A DNA stretch of 57,581 nucleotides, filler included, from Platydemus manokwari (lineage: Eukaryota): NCBI GenBank assembly GCA_037951405.1. It is 4 parts of 4 records of this genome, joined end to end, with 100 filler letters (N's around TTAATTAATTAA, not from the genome) between each part and the next. Parts side by side here need not be neighbours in the genome. Positions count along the whole stretch, not along the records: positions 28,786 to 43,331 come from JBBMOY011445866.1; positions 43,432 to 57,581 come from JBBMOY011518078.1; 2 more parts are not named here. The stretch is one strand, 5' to 3'. Shown piece after piece: positions 39,361 to 53,406 of the stretch (within the stretch, counting starts at the first letter, position 1; every line of letters begins with the position of its first letter). The position numbers were made by a program, and so were the translations under genes. The notes beneath the pieces were generated by a model. It did no database searches, was not told the origin of the DNA, and saw nothing but the letters and a program-made list of their open reading frames with translations.

Positions 39361-40541
39361 TTATTTAATGGTATGTTTGTGAAATCATGATCTATAATAG
39401 ATAAAGATTGTTGGAGTTGTTTTTTCCTTTTTAATCTAAAATTGAATTTTAAGTAAAAATTTCATTAAATTGTGATTAAAAATAAATTTTTATATTAAAT
39501 TATGCACGAAAATATATTACATTAAAATTTGGTCAAAGGGCCATTTTTCTTAACTTAAGCCAAAATATCTACAAAATCAAAAGTTTAAATTCTATCGCGG
39601 AATTATTTAAAACAAATTTTATTCAAAATCAATTCAAAATCAATTTAAAAGTGCTATTATTTTGATTGATTATGTTTACACTAATCTATTCAATTTTATT
39701 ATCATTAATAGTTTTATCTTATGTATTGGAAGCGAGAGATCATTTGTAATTATATATAATCAACCATTAAAGGATATATTATATATTTTCTGCGTTTGTG
39801 CTCCACATACACGGTTGCAAGATTACGAGTCCCGGAATTTAGATCAAGCTTTCAACAATTGTTTATCATGATTAAACCGGTTATTTTTTCCGGCATCAAA
39901 TTTTATTGATTAATTAATTTTATTTAAATTAATAAAAAGTGTAAATAAATCAATAATTGTAAACGAAAAGTTTTAAATAAATCAATATACTACTCATAAC
40001 AGCATGATTAACTTTAAAAAATCAATTTGTTTTGATCAAATCACATTTATATTTAAATCAATGGAATCGATATCTCTTTTGAAATCAAAAGCCCCCAAAG
40101 AACACAATAAACTACCACTGTATCCCACTATCGTTATAATTCATTATATCGTACTTATATTTTACATTATATTTTATTTCAAATAATTATAATCGTTTTC
40201 GTCCAAATATTATCGATTAAAGCATACTCTGTATCGATAACAAACTCTATGCGCTAGTACGAAATTCAAAAGGCTTCTGACAGTGTTTTTAACAATATTT
40301 TGTTTATACCTTATTGCGCTCATTATTTATGCTGTTTTATCTAACACCTTTATTTTTATTTTTATTTTGACACCTTTATTTTTATTCATTCTTTTTATTT
40401 ATGTTGACGTTTTTTTATTTTTTCGTCTAAAATGTATTAATATTACTTTTTGTTTTAACCTGAGCTGTTTATATTTTCTTGTTTGGCCATGTTGATTTGT
40501 AATGGCATTACTTATACTAATATTATATATATGTGTGTGTG

Positions 40542-40996
40542 TGTCATGTGGTTCAAAACAATCGAAAGTTGCAATCTGAAATTCACTAGAACATACTGAT
40601 CAGTACTAACTCGAATAACTTTGACACTCAACCAAAACTCCATAAATCAATATAAAACAACAGCACAAAACTTGACTTCCTATTGGCAATTGGGCACCTT
40701 TCTATCAGTATTTGTTCTTAAGTTATGTGTGTAATATTTTATCGTTTTAAGATTTGATCTTTTATTTCTCAAGCTCCAATTGGATATATTGATTTGGTGT
40801 ACTCGGTATTGGTCAATCCTTATGTGTATTAATGTGTGACCGTGTCCATTTTCATAATTCGAATTTTCCATTTAAGTCTTCTGTGATTGATTGTTTGCTA
40901 CTCCTCTATAGTTCTGTAGGTATGCAAACGCTTAAAATACTAAAAAGGGTTCCAAGATACAACATCGTTTGTCTGATTCGGGATTTCGTCTCAACT
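40542..40996 (-). mobile_element. Solo LTR, family 1 copy B
   Basis: Full-length colinear similarity to copies A, C and D. Confidence 0.75.
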
Positions 40997-41249
40997 CTGT
41001 ATACATTGATGTCATAAATATGTACACATCATATTCATCAAACGAGTTTTGTTATTATTTCCTTACCGGTTTAAGGTGTGAATTTTATTTATTCCTCAAA
41101 CCAATTATTCTGAAAATATTTGCTTGTATTATAAAGATATCAATATTTTTTTATAAATTGCACATAAATATTTTCAACTCGAATTATAGATTATAAAATT
41201 ATACATAAAATCATCAAACCTTTAACATAGCTGATTGAGTATTCACAAA

Positions 41250-42700
41250 ATATCATGGGCTAATTATATACAAGAAATTGTTCCTACTTAGTTGATTTCG
41301 GTCTTTGAAAATCAATCCTTTTCATCCACATATGGTTTCAAGTTGCAAAATTATTCTTGTCGGAGTATTATTCTCGCGGTGTATTAAACTCGACTTCCCA
41401 TTTATTCAAAGAGATATTTATAGGAGTTAAAATTGATTCAGTGACTATTATATCGCTCATAACGGTACTTTTCCAGTCACTGACAAAATATATTAGTTTC
41501 ACAGACTCATTGACAAATTCTTGTGGTTGTTAGAGGTATTGCTCCAATTCTTCCGACTTTAGCATTTTGTTATTGACGTGATGATTAACACGTAATTCTC
41601 ATAATATTTTTATTTCGACCACTTTTTTGTTTTTTGAAAAGTTTTTAACTCCATTTTGTAGAATGACTTCATTTCTTCAAGAATATTTTGTAATGTTGAG
41701 TATAAACGAGATGTAACTAAAAAATTGATTTTGCACCTTGTAATCCTTTTTTAGTACTCTAAACATTTGCATGTTAATAAACCATACAGGCACAACAACT
41801 AACCAATTACAGCTGATTTAAATGGAAACTTTAAATTCGAAAAATGGACTTAGCCACACACCAGCAAACACATAGGTATTGACCAATCCCAGGCATATAA
41901 AATCAATAAATTTAATTGGAACTTGAGAAATAAAATATCAAATCAAAGTGTGATACAAAAGTTACACACAAATCTCTAGTATAAATACTGATATAAAGTT
42001 TTATGTTGCTGTCTTATACTAGTTTATGGAGTTTTCGTTGAGCTTTAGAGTCATTTTTGATCTTATTGATTAAAATGTTTTGGTAAAACACGGATTACAA
42101 CCATCCATTCACTTGAACGCCAACAGTAACACTTGATGTAACTAAGGCATTATTGCCATACCGTTTTGTTTAATATTATTTCATTAATCTAAAGATAACT
42201 TCCTTGTCAATGGCCTTCCAATATATTGCTGCGAGTTCTTTCCAAATCTTATTTCTTCATAGCTATCATTGGAAGTTTTTGTTCCAATTATAAAATTTCT
42301 AATAACGGTATTCACTGCATTGTTGGTGATGCCAAAATCATTCGATTATAAAAACAGGAATCATTTAATAGCCGTGATAATGTTACGCTTCATCAAAGCG
42401 GTCAGTTAATCAAGTTATAGGATAAAGTCATTCCTGTGATTGTCTTCATACTTTTGACAAAGGTCCAAACCGAATCAGTGTCAAAGTTTTAGACAAAACA
42501 GATGTAAGCAGGCAGTTTTGATTTAAGATATTCGTGATTAAAATGAAAAAAAGATTCTCGCGGGTAAAGAGATAAAATTTAATTTTTTGGTTAAATTTGG
42601 AGTATTAATGTATGGCTACCATGAATTATGTAGGTACAGCTAGCGATTAGCAAGCTGAAAAATCAAAAATACATTATAATTACATCGTTGTTTGGATAAA
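41250..42700 (-). mobile_element. Degenerate Gypsy integrase remnant interrupted by solo LTR D
   Basis: Relics LKPY, NKW and TG..P on the minus strand. Confidence 0.4.
41694..42125 (+). mobile_element. Solo LTR, family 1 copy D (Gypsy-type)
   Basis: TGTTG...CAACA termini, perfect 4-bp TSD gtaa (41690-41693, 42126-42129), CCAAT boxes and TATAAA in this orientation. Confidence 0.85.
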
Positions 42701-43331
42701 AACGATGACCACTTCATCTGAGTTCAGCATTTATTATTCTACAAGTAGATTTAAATAATCTCTTGAGATTTTGTTAAGAGTGATCCTATAATAATTTATT
42801 TTATGATTTTCTATAAATGAAGAATGAACATTACAAGGAACGTGTTCCAATTAGTGAAATCAGATATGTATCGATTCGTTCTTTAGACAATTCATCGATT
42901 TGTATGTTCATTCAATCCCAGTCCATTTCAATTTTTATCCAAAACAAATTCAAAATAGCAATTTTATTTGAAATGAAGTGTTGAAAATGATGAACATAAA
43001 TTACTGTCAGTTTTGATTTCTTTCTTTATCGGCATTGAATAAATATATTTGCCAAGCGCAACTTGGAGTCTGAATATTTCTTATCACCACATTTGTTATA
43101 TTTGACGCTGGTAAAAATGAAAATGGGATAATTCAAAATTTCACATACAATTTTACAGATAAATTATTATTGATGTTGTGAAATGTGGAGCAAATTACCC
43201 TGTAACCTTAACAATTTCAGTGACAAAATTATTATTAATATTATTATTATTATTATTATTTTCTTATTATTATTAAGCTTTGACTGCTTTAATTTTGTTT
43301 TGGATGAATCAATAATAGTCAATAAAAAAAG

Positions 43332-43431
43332 NNNNNNNNNNNNNNNNNNNNNNNNNNNNNNNNNNNNNNNNNNNNTTAATTAATTAANNNNNNNNNNNNN
43401 NNNNNNNNNNNNNNNNNNNNNNNNNNNNNNN
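43332..43431. other. Artificial contig linker 44N-TTAATTAATTAA-44N
   Basis: Same pattern as 12192-12291. Confidence 0.95.
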
Positions 43432-44329
43432 TAAAAACTTTCAATAAACTATATTATTAAACATGACAGGAATTTAGTAAGTCGATTTATAATTGAAAAC
43501 AATGCAAAAAATCATATAGAAGTGAAGTAATTGCAATGGGAACTTTATTTACCAGGTTTCTTCTATCCTTAATCAACACAATTGTTATCAACTGAACACC
43601 TTGAGTAATTCAAATATCAAGAATTGTTAAGAAACGTCTAAAATAAAACTAAATATTTTTGATTTAAAATCGTAACAAAGAAGAACAACTAATTCTTATA
43701 ATTGTGATCTAAGATTAAAAATTGCTAAAAAATAAGTTTTTACGTGAAATATAAGAAAACTTTATACATATAATTATTTTCCGACGTGATAATTCATGAT
43801 AATAAATTTATTTCAAATGATGCCTATTCTTAACTTAATATTATTTTATAAATTAAAAAAGACTTCTACAATCATTAATTTAAATTTAACCTACTGCAGT
43901 GTTCGCGAATTGTTGAATAATTTCTTGATACAATTTAATATTTAAAGCTACAATTCAAACATTTCCCCGACTTTTCTATGAGATTCTTTGATTTAAATTA
44001 AGATTCATTATTTTTTCTTATAAATTATGCGAGAATTTCAATAACAGCTTATTCTTCGAAATCGATTTCCTTTTGTTATTTTTATTTATTTTTTAAGTCA
44101 TCTATTTAATTAATTTTAACAACCCAACTTTAAAATGTAGACAAATTTAAAAAGCTAGGAGCTAACATTAAAACGATATATGTTTTGTTGAATTTTATAT
44201 TTATTTATTTGTTAAAGTTGTGTTTTTAAAAGTTAATAATTCAATAACTTCATAATTTAATAAGATTTCACTTATTTAAACAAAGAAGTATATGTCAGAG
44301 CTTAATAGTAACTCATTTTTTAATCACCA

Positions 44330-45075
44330 TTTCTGTTGATAAGGTTTGGCCGATTGGCGATGTATCATTATCACTGTATCGCCAACTAATAATCTATGGG
44401 AATACTTTGCCCACCTCACTATCTGATTCTTATTATACTTTTTCAACATATTTACGATGATTATTCATAAACTTATATTTTTACTTTCATATGTCCTTGC
44501 CTTCTTCCACAAAAAACTTAATGTGGTAAATACTTCATTGATTTGTGAAATGACTTCATCGTATGCTATTACATCATCCACACATGAGAGATTTTAACGA
44601 TGCTGTAATCATGCTTTTCATGGTCTCTCCCAAGATAAAATTCCCACTGAAGGAAACTAACTTTGATATTGGACTAGATACGCTTGATATTATCGTTCAC
44701 ATATCAACACAAATGGTACAAGCCCAAATTCTATCAGAAATGACTCAATCATTATTCCAAAATATTATTGTAATTTTTCTAGTAGGAAATGACAAGTATT
44801 CGGATTGTCTCTAAACAAAAACAAATAAAATCAATCCTTCATCTTGATAAATTGATAAACCAATATTGTTGTTAATCAAATGAGCTTTTCATTTTATTTG
44901 GTTGCCTTAAAAACCTACATTTTTATCAATCCTCAAATGACCCAGCAGAGATTACGCACATCACAATTAGTAGTTTAAATTGAAACCCACTGTTAAACTA
45001 TCGGATCAATGTCAATGAAGATTCTTTGGGGGATCTCAAATTCAGCACATTCTTTTGAAATGTTACCGAGGATAT
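44330..45075 (-). mobile_element. Degenerate BEL/Pao integrase remnant
   Basis: Relics of 'G.F.G', 'H.GG.W' and 'RW....L.VGD.V', typical of the BEL/Pao C-terminus. Confidence 0.45.
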
Positions 45076-46433
45076 TTAATTCGTATTCGATCTCTTATAT
45101 TAAATAGAGAGGTATAATAATTATCAAACGGTATTACAGAAATGCATAATCAAATTACTTTTCAGTTAAAATTGAGATGTTTTACGAAGGAGAATGGAAT
45201 TAATTTTGTATGTATTATATTTAGACATGAGTTTTGTTTTAATTTTTAGAGATTTAATTTAACTGAATTTTTTGTTTTAAATTCGTCACAGAAACGTAAT
45301 AATTTTTAATTTACTCTTTCTATCTTTTATGAAGATTTTCTAATAATATATGATTACCATCAATATTTCTATTATCAATACTATTGTGAGATATTTGATA
45401 TTAAATGAATTTCAATTTGATTCGAAACAATTTTAATTTACATTTTATTCAAATTGTATTCAAATTTTAATCAGATTTAATTTAATTTTATAAAAAATTA
45501 AATTAGGGTAAAATTGAAAATATTTGTTTAAATATTTGGATTTAAAATAGAATTGATTGTGTCTTGACTTTTTTGTTTTGATTTTAGTTTGTGGTTTCTA
45601 AATACTATGAGCGGCTAACAACTATGATAATTATTATTTTTATTATAATTATAATGATTATAAATCCTATAATTATTAAAATATAATTATTATTATTATA
45701 TTTATAAATTGCATTATTATTAATATCTAATTTTTTAATTATAATTAAAAAATTACACTCGTCCATATCAATTTAATAGATTATTTTATTATTATTATAT
45801 ATCTATTAAAAGATATTTTATTTTTAATAAATCGAATTCATTGGTGAAAGGGAAAAAGAAATTTTTATTGTAAATATTTGGCTTTTTTTACTTTTACTAG
45901 CTAATTGAATGAAAAATGATAATAAAAACTATAAAAGATCGAAACTATTTTCAGTTTTATTCCATCTAGAGATACAGCAATAAAAGAAAACCAATCAAGT
46001 GTTTTTCATATATTGGGTGAGCTATTTTGATTAAACATCTAATTCCATTTCTTAGATCAATTCCATGGAGATTGGAAAAGTGGAAAATTAATGTGAGAAA
46101 TTGGAAATTTGTCAAATAAAGATTTGCCGTTTTTCTGTTGGGAGTGGAGATATATATTTTTCGATTTATATATTTTGTCAGATATTTTTCCATATATTAC
46201 TCGTCAAATGAATTTAATGAAAAATTAAATTAGAATCGACAGAAATAAATCTTTACAAGCTATTCTTGATAATCAATCTTTCGTTTGTTTTATTGATATC
46301 ACGAAAACAGAGAACAATCCATATAATTTTATGTTTTTAATCTAATATTCACCACATCCAGGTCTGGTAATAAACGTGATTTTTATCCAGAATTTTAATG
46401 ACAAGATTAGCAAAATTAATCTGATGTACTTAC

Positions 46434-46518
46434 TTTCATAAGGCATCAAAATATGTTTGAATTCAATGTACAAGATCATTTCTTCATTTACATCCCTGAC
46501 GTCACAGATATTGACCAT
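46434..46518 (-). CDS. Candidate first coding exon of the ankyrin gene (MVNICDVRDVNEEMILYIEFKHILMPYE)
   Basis: Has an ATG, an upstream acceptor (aatatgtag, 46547-46546) and a consensus donor A|gtaagt in phase 1, matching exon 28303. It lies across two artificial joins. Confidence 0.33.
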
Positions 46519-46671
46519 CTTAACAAATTTCAGAGAAGTCGATGACTACATATTTGGAAAGTCTTATCCATTAAAACTTGATATTCCTCATTGATTCAGT
46601 TCAAGGAAATTCTTTTACATATCGTTGTATTTATCAAAACAGTGATGTAACTCATATTAATACAAAATAAT

Positions 46672-47348
46672 GGGGATCCTGTCCAGATAGCGACTGTAAG
46701 AACAGCGACTGTCAATAGAGCGACTCCACAATAGCCATGTTAATAAAACCGGGCATGTCCCAATAGCAATTGTCATAATTGCGACCGTATTATATATGTG
46801 ATCGCAAGGTCCAGTCTTATGTTTCAATTGCTTGTATTTTCGAATTGGTATCTATATGTTTAGTTGCAGTACTTTTTGAGATAATTTTAGAATAAAATAC
46901 ACTCAAGATGTCCCATTATTTTCGTTAGAAGTTAATTTTTACTTGTTCGTTTTTATATATTTGTGTTCACTCTGTAAGATAAGCTCAAATGAGTGTTTAA
47001 CCTTTTTTCTATATAACCATGACGACACAATTTTTTCAAATTGTTCACTCACAAAAATAGTATCGAGAGTACTGTTTTATAATTTCGTATTACTGTAATA
47101 GACGTGTTTTTTCTTTTCTTGTTAGTATACATGGTCTCCCTCCAATATTTGTAGATACTTTAAAACCTAAATTTTTCCCGTTTTGTTTTATACAATATTC
47201 AGAAACACCTGGCAATTTGTACATTACTACAACCTATATTTACTACTTTGGTCAGTTCACTTAAATCAATGTCGTTGTTATGACAGTAGCTCTTACAATA
47301 CCATCGCTATCATGTGGTCGCTCTATTGACACTGGATGTTCGGAATCC
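46672..47348. mobile_element. Foldback/MULE-like non-autonomous element with modular inverted termini
   Basis: Left ggatcc...gtcaatagagcgac and right gtcgctctattgac...ggaatcc; TIRs built from ~15-bp tagcgactgt subrepeats. Confidence 0.55.
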
Positions 47349-48419
47349 GAGCCGAAGCAATGATCAATGTGTTCATTCAATAGAGCAACTAAAATTGTTT
47401 CATATCATATAACTTTGGATGGGGTAACTATTTAGTCTTATAAAAAAAGATAATGTTTTAAAATTTTTTTAAAAAAGGGTTTAAATTCGGTTTAACTGGC
47501 TCTATAAAAAAGTAGATAAAGGTAATTTATTATTCCGAAATAATACTGGAAGACAATTATACAACTAATTTTAATTGATGATATACCATTGGTAATTACA
47601 GGTTGATCTCAGATGACTCAGACTTAGTATTACTTTAAATTATTTAACTTTCTTATCAATTTTTATTGTAATTGTTTTTAATACGTTTGGTTAATGGCAA
47701 TCGTTTCCTGTAACGGATGTTGTAATATAAATTATGTTAGAGTTCAATCAAAGATGTGAGATATCAGATAAAAACCTTAAGGAAATGCATGGAAATAAAT
47801 GAAAAACCAAAATGTTCTGTTAATTATTAAGAAATGATAATCAAATCCGAAGTTTATCAACTTTAAATAAAATATCCCATATTGCCACCAGAGATAAGCA
47901 GAATTGCATAGAAAATTTCTGAAAAAAGTGAAATTATAAACTCATATTTTCAATCCAAGAAACTTCAAAATTTCCCCGTATATTTTTTCATCATTTTTCA
48001 TAACCATTTCTGTGAAATAAATTTCAAAGCAATTCCAATATTGAATAAAACAAATACTGGCTTAAAATTAGAAAAAGAGTCCTTTGATCTAACTTTAATG
48101 TAATGATTTTTCGCGTATTAGTTAATTTCTATCAGAAAAAATTATATCAGAAAAACCAATCACATTTTAATGTCGATTCAATGTTGTAAATATAAAGTAA
48201 TACTTTTCACACCTCGGCATTGAAATATGAAAGACAGGACACCTCAAAGAATCATATAATTCTATATAACAATATATTTTTAAAAATTTAATTTTATTTT
48301 TGATTTTTAAATTATTTTGTAAAAGTTGATTTATTTATTGATGTCTCACATTTTATGATGTCGAGTGGGAGCTAAATAGAATTGCTAAACCAAATTTCAG
48401 TCACAATTTTTCTATATGA

Positions 48420-48790
48420 AATTTCGAAATTTTTATAATGATATATCGAGTTAGTTATCTACAGACCTGTTTAATAATATCATTGGTTATTTTTTAATGA
48501 AAACTTTTAGAGAATCTCTCTATTTGCTTCTAATGTTAAAAAATGGAGTCCTAGATAATTTTTAATAATTTGCTATGCGACTTTCTTTGACCCGTTTATC
48601 AAATAATCAAAATGTGGGAGATTTTTTAATCTCTAGTGTATTTAATATTTGATTTCAAACAACGAAGATTCTTTTATGACACTTAAATACGTAATTCAAA
48701 GCGTTTTACAGAATATAAATAAATAATCAGCATAGATTTTTGCAAGACACTCAACAAATTAAAATTTTTATTATACGAGCCACTTTTTAA
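48420..48790 (-). mobile_element. Kolobok-like DNA transposon end, copy 1
   Basis: Shares ~370 bp with the copies at 49430 and 53407; terminates at TTAA. Confidence 0.55.
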
Positions 48791-49429
48791 ACTTTAGTAC
48801 AAACATCTATTACAATTATAATTTTACGACTGCAATAAATGTCTTAATAGTAATAATAGTCTTAAATTATAGTAAATTAAATGATTTCAAAGCGGAGTGA
48901 CAGAATTATTCTCTCTTCACGAAATTTACTATAAATTATCTCAAAATCTTCATCACTATCAAACAATTTAAAGTAACGTCTTTGTAAATTTTGCAGCCAT
49001 TGGAATGTAAAATCTCACAGCTAATATGTTTATTGCTCATAACAGCTCGAGAAAACAAATGACAAACGGCTTTATTGACTTCATCAATCTTATGTGTTTG
49101 TTGACTTTTTCAATTGTGGTTTTCAGAGTGTTTACAGATGTAACTCAATCGAAACTCATAGAAAAACTGTTGACAATTCAAGGGGAAATACATTCCACTT
49201 TGCAATGTCGAAAAATACTTGACTCCGGCAGTCAAACTGTACAGGATTGTTATTTCCTTTTATTTCGAAACAGTTTATTTGGTTTGTCATTTTCAAATGT
49301 CAAACTGAAAGAAATTAACTTTGAAAATTTATGAGTATTCGCAATTGTTTTAAAATTTTAATTATACAAATAATTTATAAACAAAATCTTAATATGTCAC
49401 AAATTAAAAAATTAGCTTATGTTAAGAAA

Positions 49430-50004
49430 AATGGTTTTTTGACCTACTTTCGTTATAATGAATTTTCGCGCACCAGATAATTTTATAACTTAATTTTATA
49501 GATAACTGCTATATTTGAAGTTTTCGTATAATTCAGTTGATATATCATTTTTCAGGATGTCTAATAGTAACAAAATATAGTTTAAAAACCAAGTCACAAC
49601 ACTTCTAATTAATTATTTGCGTTTTTAAATTTGAATTTTTTAATTAAAAAAACGAGTTAGTTAACTACAGACATTTTTAATAATGTCATTGGTTATTTTT
49701 ATAAAATAAATCTAAAAATTTAAAGTATCTCTCAATTTGCTTCTAATGTTAAAAAGGGGCCCTGGCTGATTTTCAATAAATTGCATTTCGACCGACTTTG
49801 ATCCCTTTTTCAAATAATCAAATTTTACCATATTTTCAGGATCTAGTGTATTTAATATTTGATTTCAAACAACTTAAATTCTTCTTGGGTATTTAAACAA
49901 AAAATTCAAAAATATTTTTAAAGAATGTAATTAAATAAACTATATAGATTTGTGCAATACAATACACTCAACAAATTAAAAATTTTATTTTAGGACTTCT
50001 TTAA
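49430..50004 (-). mobile_element. Kolobok-like DNA transposon end, copy 2
   Basis: Reverse complement begins TTAA-AG...aataaaatttttaatttgttgagtg. Confidence 0.6.
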
Positions 50005-50329
50005 TTAATGACGAAATAAAAAATAATTTAAATAACGAACAAAGTACGCCATCAAATGTCGTATGAATATTGAGACGAATTCAATAGAATCACCATTAGG
50101 TCGTAGCAAAAGACCCAGCTGAAAGTTTGAATAAAGCCAGAAAGTTTGATATATGTAAGGCACAGTCAAGGTTATTATTTTGAAAGGGATTATTAATTAT
50201 TAGCTAAAAAGTTAATTAATAATAGAGTATATTTAAATATATATATATGAATTTATTTTTAATGGTATACATTTTGAATTCATTCGAAAACTATACTTGG
50301 TCTTTCGACTCTCTGCAAGTTAACACTAT

Positions 50330-52400
50330 GTAATATTTTGCTAAACTAAATCTAAACTAATGAATGCAAAAGTAACTTTGGAAATAGACAACTGGTGCTC
50401 ACTGATGCAGTTTTGAAGTTCTTTCTTGAAAGATAATCAATAATTAGGGGCATTGCTTTTGACATCTTTCAAATGATTCAATTTCAATGAAATTAACCAT
50501 AAAATTAAATGAAATTAGAGAGCAATAGGAAGTTAATGCTGTTCAAAGAGTCGGGCACACGGTACGATCAAACCAAACTACTGACACAGGCAGAAGAAAC
50601 GAAATTACACTGATAAGCTTATTGTGAAAGATGGAAAGGAATCAGGAACCGATCATTAAAAATGACCCACCTAACACATTAATTTAATCTTACGATACAA
50701 TATATTATTTTTTTTCTATGAAGCACGTTACTAGAAAGATGTGTGATCAAAGATGTGGATTAAATGAAACCTAAAAGTGAACAGTAAGTGATTTTTGGAG
50801 TAAATACCCAATAATATGCAAATTTGTACGCACGGATATCATGTTTTCGTAGAATATCACTTACTAATAGTTTCTCCCAGAAGTGAATTCAAAGAGTCCC
50901 CTGTCTTCATATTGAAAATGAGATACACTATAAATCACAATGATAAATACAGAACAGGTAAAGTAAAAGATAGAAAAATCAGAAACAACCCACATTTTAT
51001 GGACGGGGAATAAAATAATTGATATATAGACACAAGAGATGAGATCTATTAGTCAAAGTATAAGCGAGAACAAAATTTGATAATTTCCAATGGCTTACTA
51101 GCGCGAATGCTATGGAACTCAACCTTTTCGACTACAGTAATGGATGAATAATACGGAGGGAAAGTAGATAACCCTCCGTTAAGTAAAATATAATCACAGT
51201 AACTGAAATTTTTCAAAGGTGTATGATTTTTGAATGATAATTGGTAGAATAAAAGAATAAAAAGAGAAAAGCAAAATAATAAATCCTCATTTCTTTAATG
51301 GAGTTGACAGTGACCAGTATCGGTTTACCAAAATTATTACCACAACCTAGGAATTAATACGAAGTAAAATATTCATTTCAATCAATTAAGTGCCAGACAA
51401 ACAGAGCACTGTGTAGACTGATTAAGAAATAGGTGGCACATTTATTCCATCAAAACTTGATCGGTTAAAATAGGGGTTATGAAACCTTATAAAATGTTAC
51501 AAAGCTACACTAAAGCATAGATTGACAACTCATAATTAAATATTGAAGGAGATATTTAAATACGGATAAGTGCAATTCCTATAAAAATGAAAAAATTGCT
51601 TAGATCACATACGAAGATGGGATGTGAAAAAATAATATTAAAATTGCACACATCCTTCATTTTGCACAAAATTAATTCATTACTAGGCTATATTATGGTA
51701 TGACAGGGATTGGTAAAAAATTGTGTTCGCATGGCCAAGTTAAGCACAAAGAATTGAAAGGAAGAACAACGAAATCTGATCGGTTGTGAAATGTTGATAC
51801 CGGGTAGTTCAGTCTTTTTGAAAACAATTCTCTGAAGAATGGTTAATACTGATTAAACCTTAAACATTGGATAATTGTGTTAGATAGGAACAATATTAAT
51901 CGTATTGTTTTACCAAGAAACTAGATGTTCACAACAATAAAAAGTATATCAAGAGCTTGCCTGGTCTTAGTAGAAAGAATTATAGATCAAGGTCAGAACA
52001 AAGATCTTGAATCCTTGAAATATTTAAGTATTTTCAGATAAAATAACGAGATATCTCTAATATGGATGCGGTTCAATTAAGTAGAAAGGTGATTGGTGGT
52101 TATCATTGATTTATTAATTGATATATACAGGTAAATTTAGTCTCCAAACAAGAAGTAAAGATAACTTTCAATGCTATACCAAATTCTCGAATATATTTTT
52201 TGGAAAGTTACTGACTATTTCGACGTATTTGGAAAAGCCCATCTGTTAAAAATGCCTATTCGATGTTTGGAATTAAACAGTAATTTAGTTCTCATTGTGG
52301 CCACCAGACAAATTGATGAGCCATACTCACCATTTCGAACGAGGAGAGATGTGATCACCACAACTTTAGAATGGTCCTTACCGTGAATCGTATTATGTAT
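50330..52400 (+). mobile_element. Degenerate Gypsy pol remnant
   Basis: Relics of protease IDTGA (~50385, with a 1-nt insertion), RT 'SP..EF..P' (~50870) and downstream RNaseH/integrase-like segments. Confidence 0.45.
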
Positions 52401-52766
52401 CAATGAAACTTAACAGTTTTCCATATTTGAAATAAAGCTGAAATATGATTTTGAGTCATTAAAAAAATGCACAACATAAAAGTCGAATGTAGCGAATAAC
52501 AAAATTACACTGACAGATAGAGACAGAAAGGCAATTAGAATTTTCAAAATGGAAAAAGTACTGGTACTGAAGGATTTCCATAAAGGATTGAGAAATTTTT
52601 TTCAGCTCAGACGGATATTTGAAATCCAGGAATCCGGCACTTCTTATTACCAAATTCAATAAAATCAAAATACATATAATGGATGAAGAATCGGAGAGAA
52701 CTTCAACAAACAGCGAGTTATATATTGCATATCCTTGTTTAAATAAATATTTTAGCAAATATAAAC

Positions 52767-52871
52767 CAGAGGTGGCTAACTTTTGTGTACGTAAGATCGA
52801 CTTTTCATTTGAATAACATCTCACGCGATGGACTAAAATTGGCTTCAAGATCGACTGGTTGGCCAACCCTG
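52767..52871 (+). mobile_element. hAT MITE, second copy, 105 bp
   Basis: Near-identical to 22168-22291; perfect 8-bp TSD atataaac. Confidence 0.92.
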
Positions 52872-53406
52872 ATATAAACCATTGAATAATTTTATAATCA
52901 TTTATCGACAAACCTCATTTATATTAAATTAAATTTCAAACCAAAATCTTTACGATTTCATATTATATAGTTATTTATTAAAAACAAATCCTATGAATGT
53001 TTCACATTAGATGAATGGAGCACAGTAAATAAATTTGAAAGAATTGAATGATTGGCATTTCAGAATTCACTGATCCTGACATAAAAAAATAATCTATAAT
53101 TCATGATTTGATGAATTAATATTAGCTTTCCTATATGAAGATGAGGACAAAACAAACAGTGAGCAATGCTAAACAATGATAAATTCAAGTTCAAAATTAT
53201 TTTCCAAACATTACTCAACATTTGGTTTTATATATTTTCTAATTATTTGGTATTCATTTTTCATGGATGAAACACAGTCTTTAACAAATCTAAAATAATC
53301 GATAGACATGAGCCGATTATTTTAAAAGTGGCCAAAGTAAATTTTCCAAAAATATCAAAGCAGTCATTTGAGTATTTACATTTCGATGTAATTTGATTTT
53401 GAAGGA

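Noticed and set aside
52459-52911. Longest ORF in the track (150 aa)
   Set aside because: It runs through a hAT MITE, has no motifs and is probably a chance ORF.
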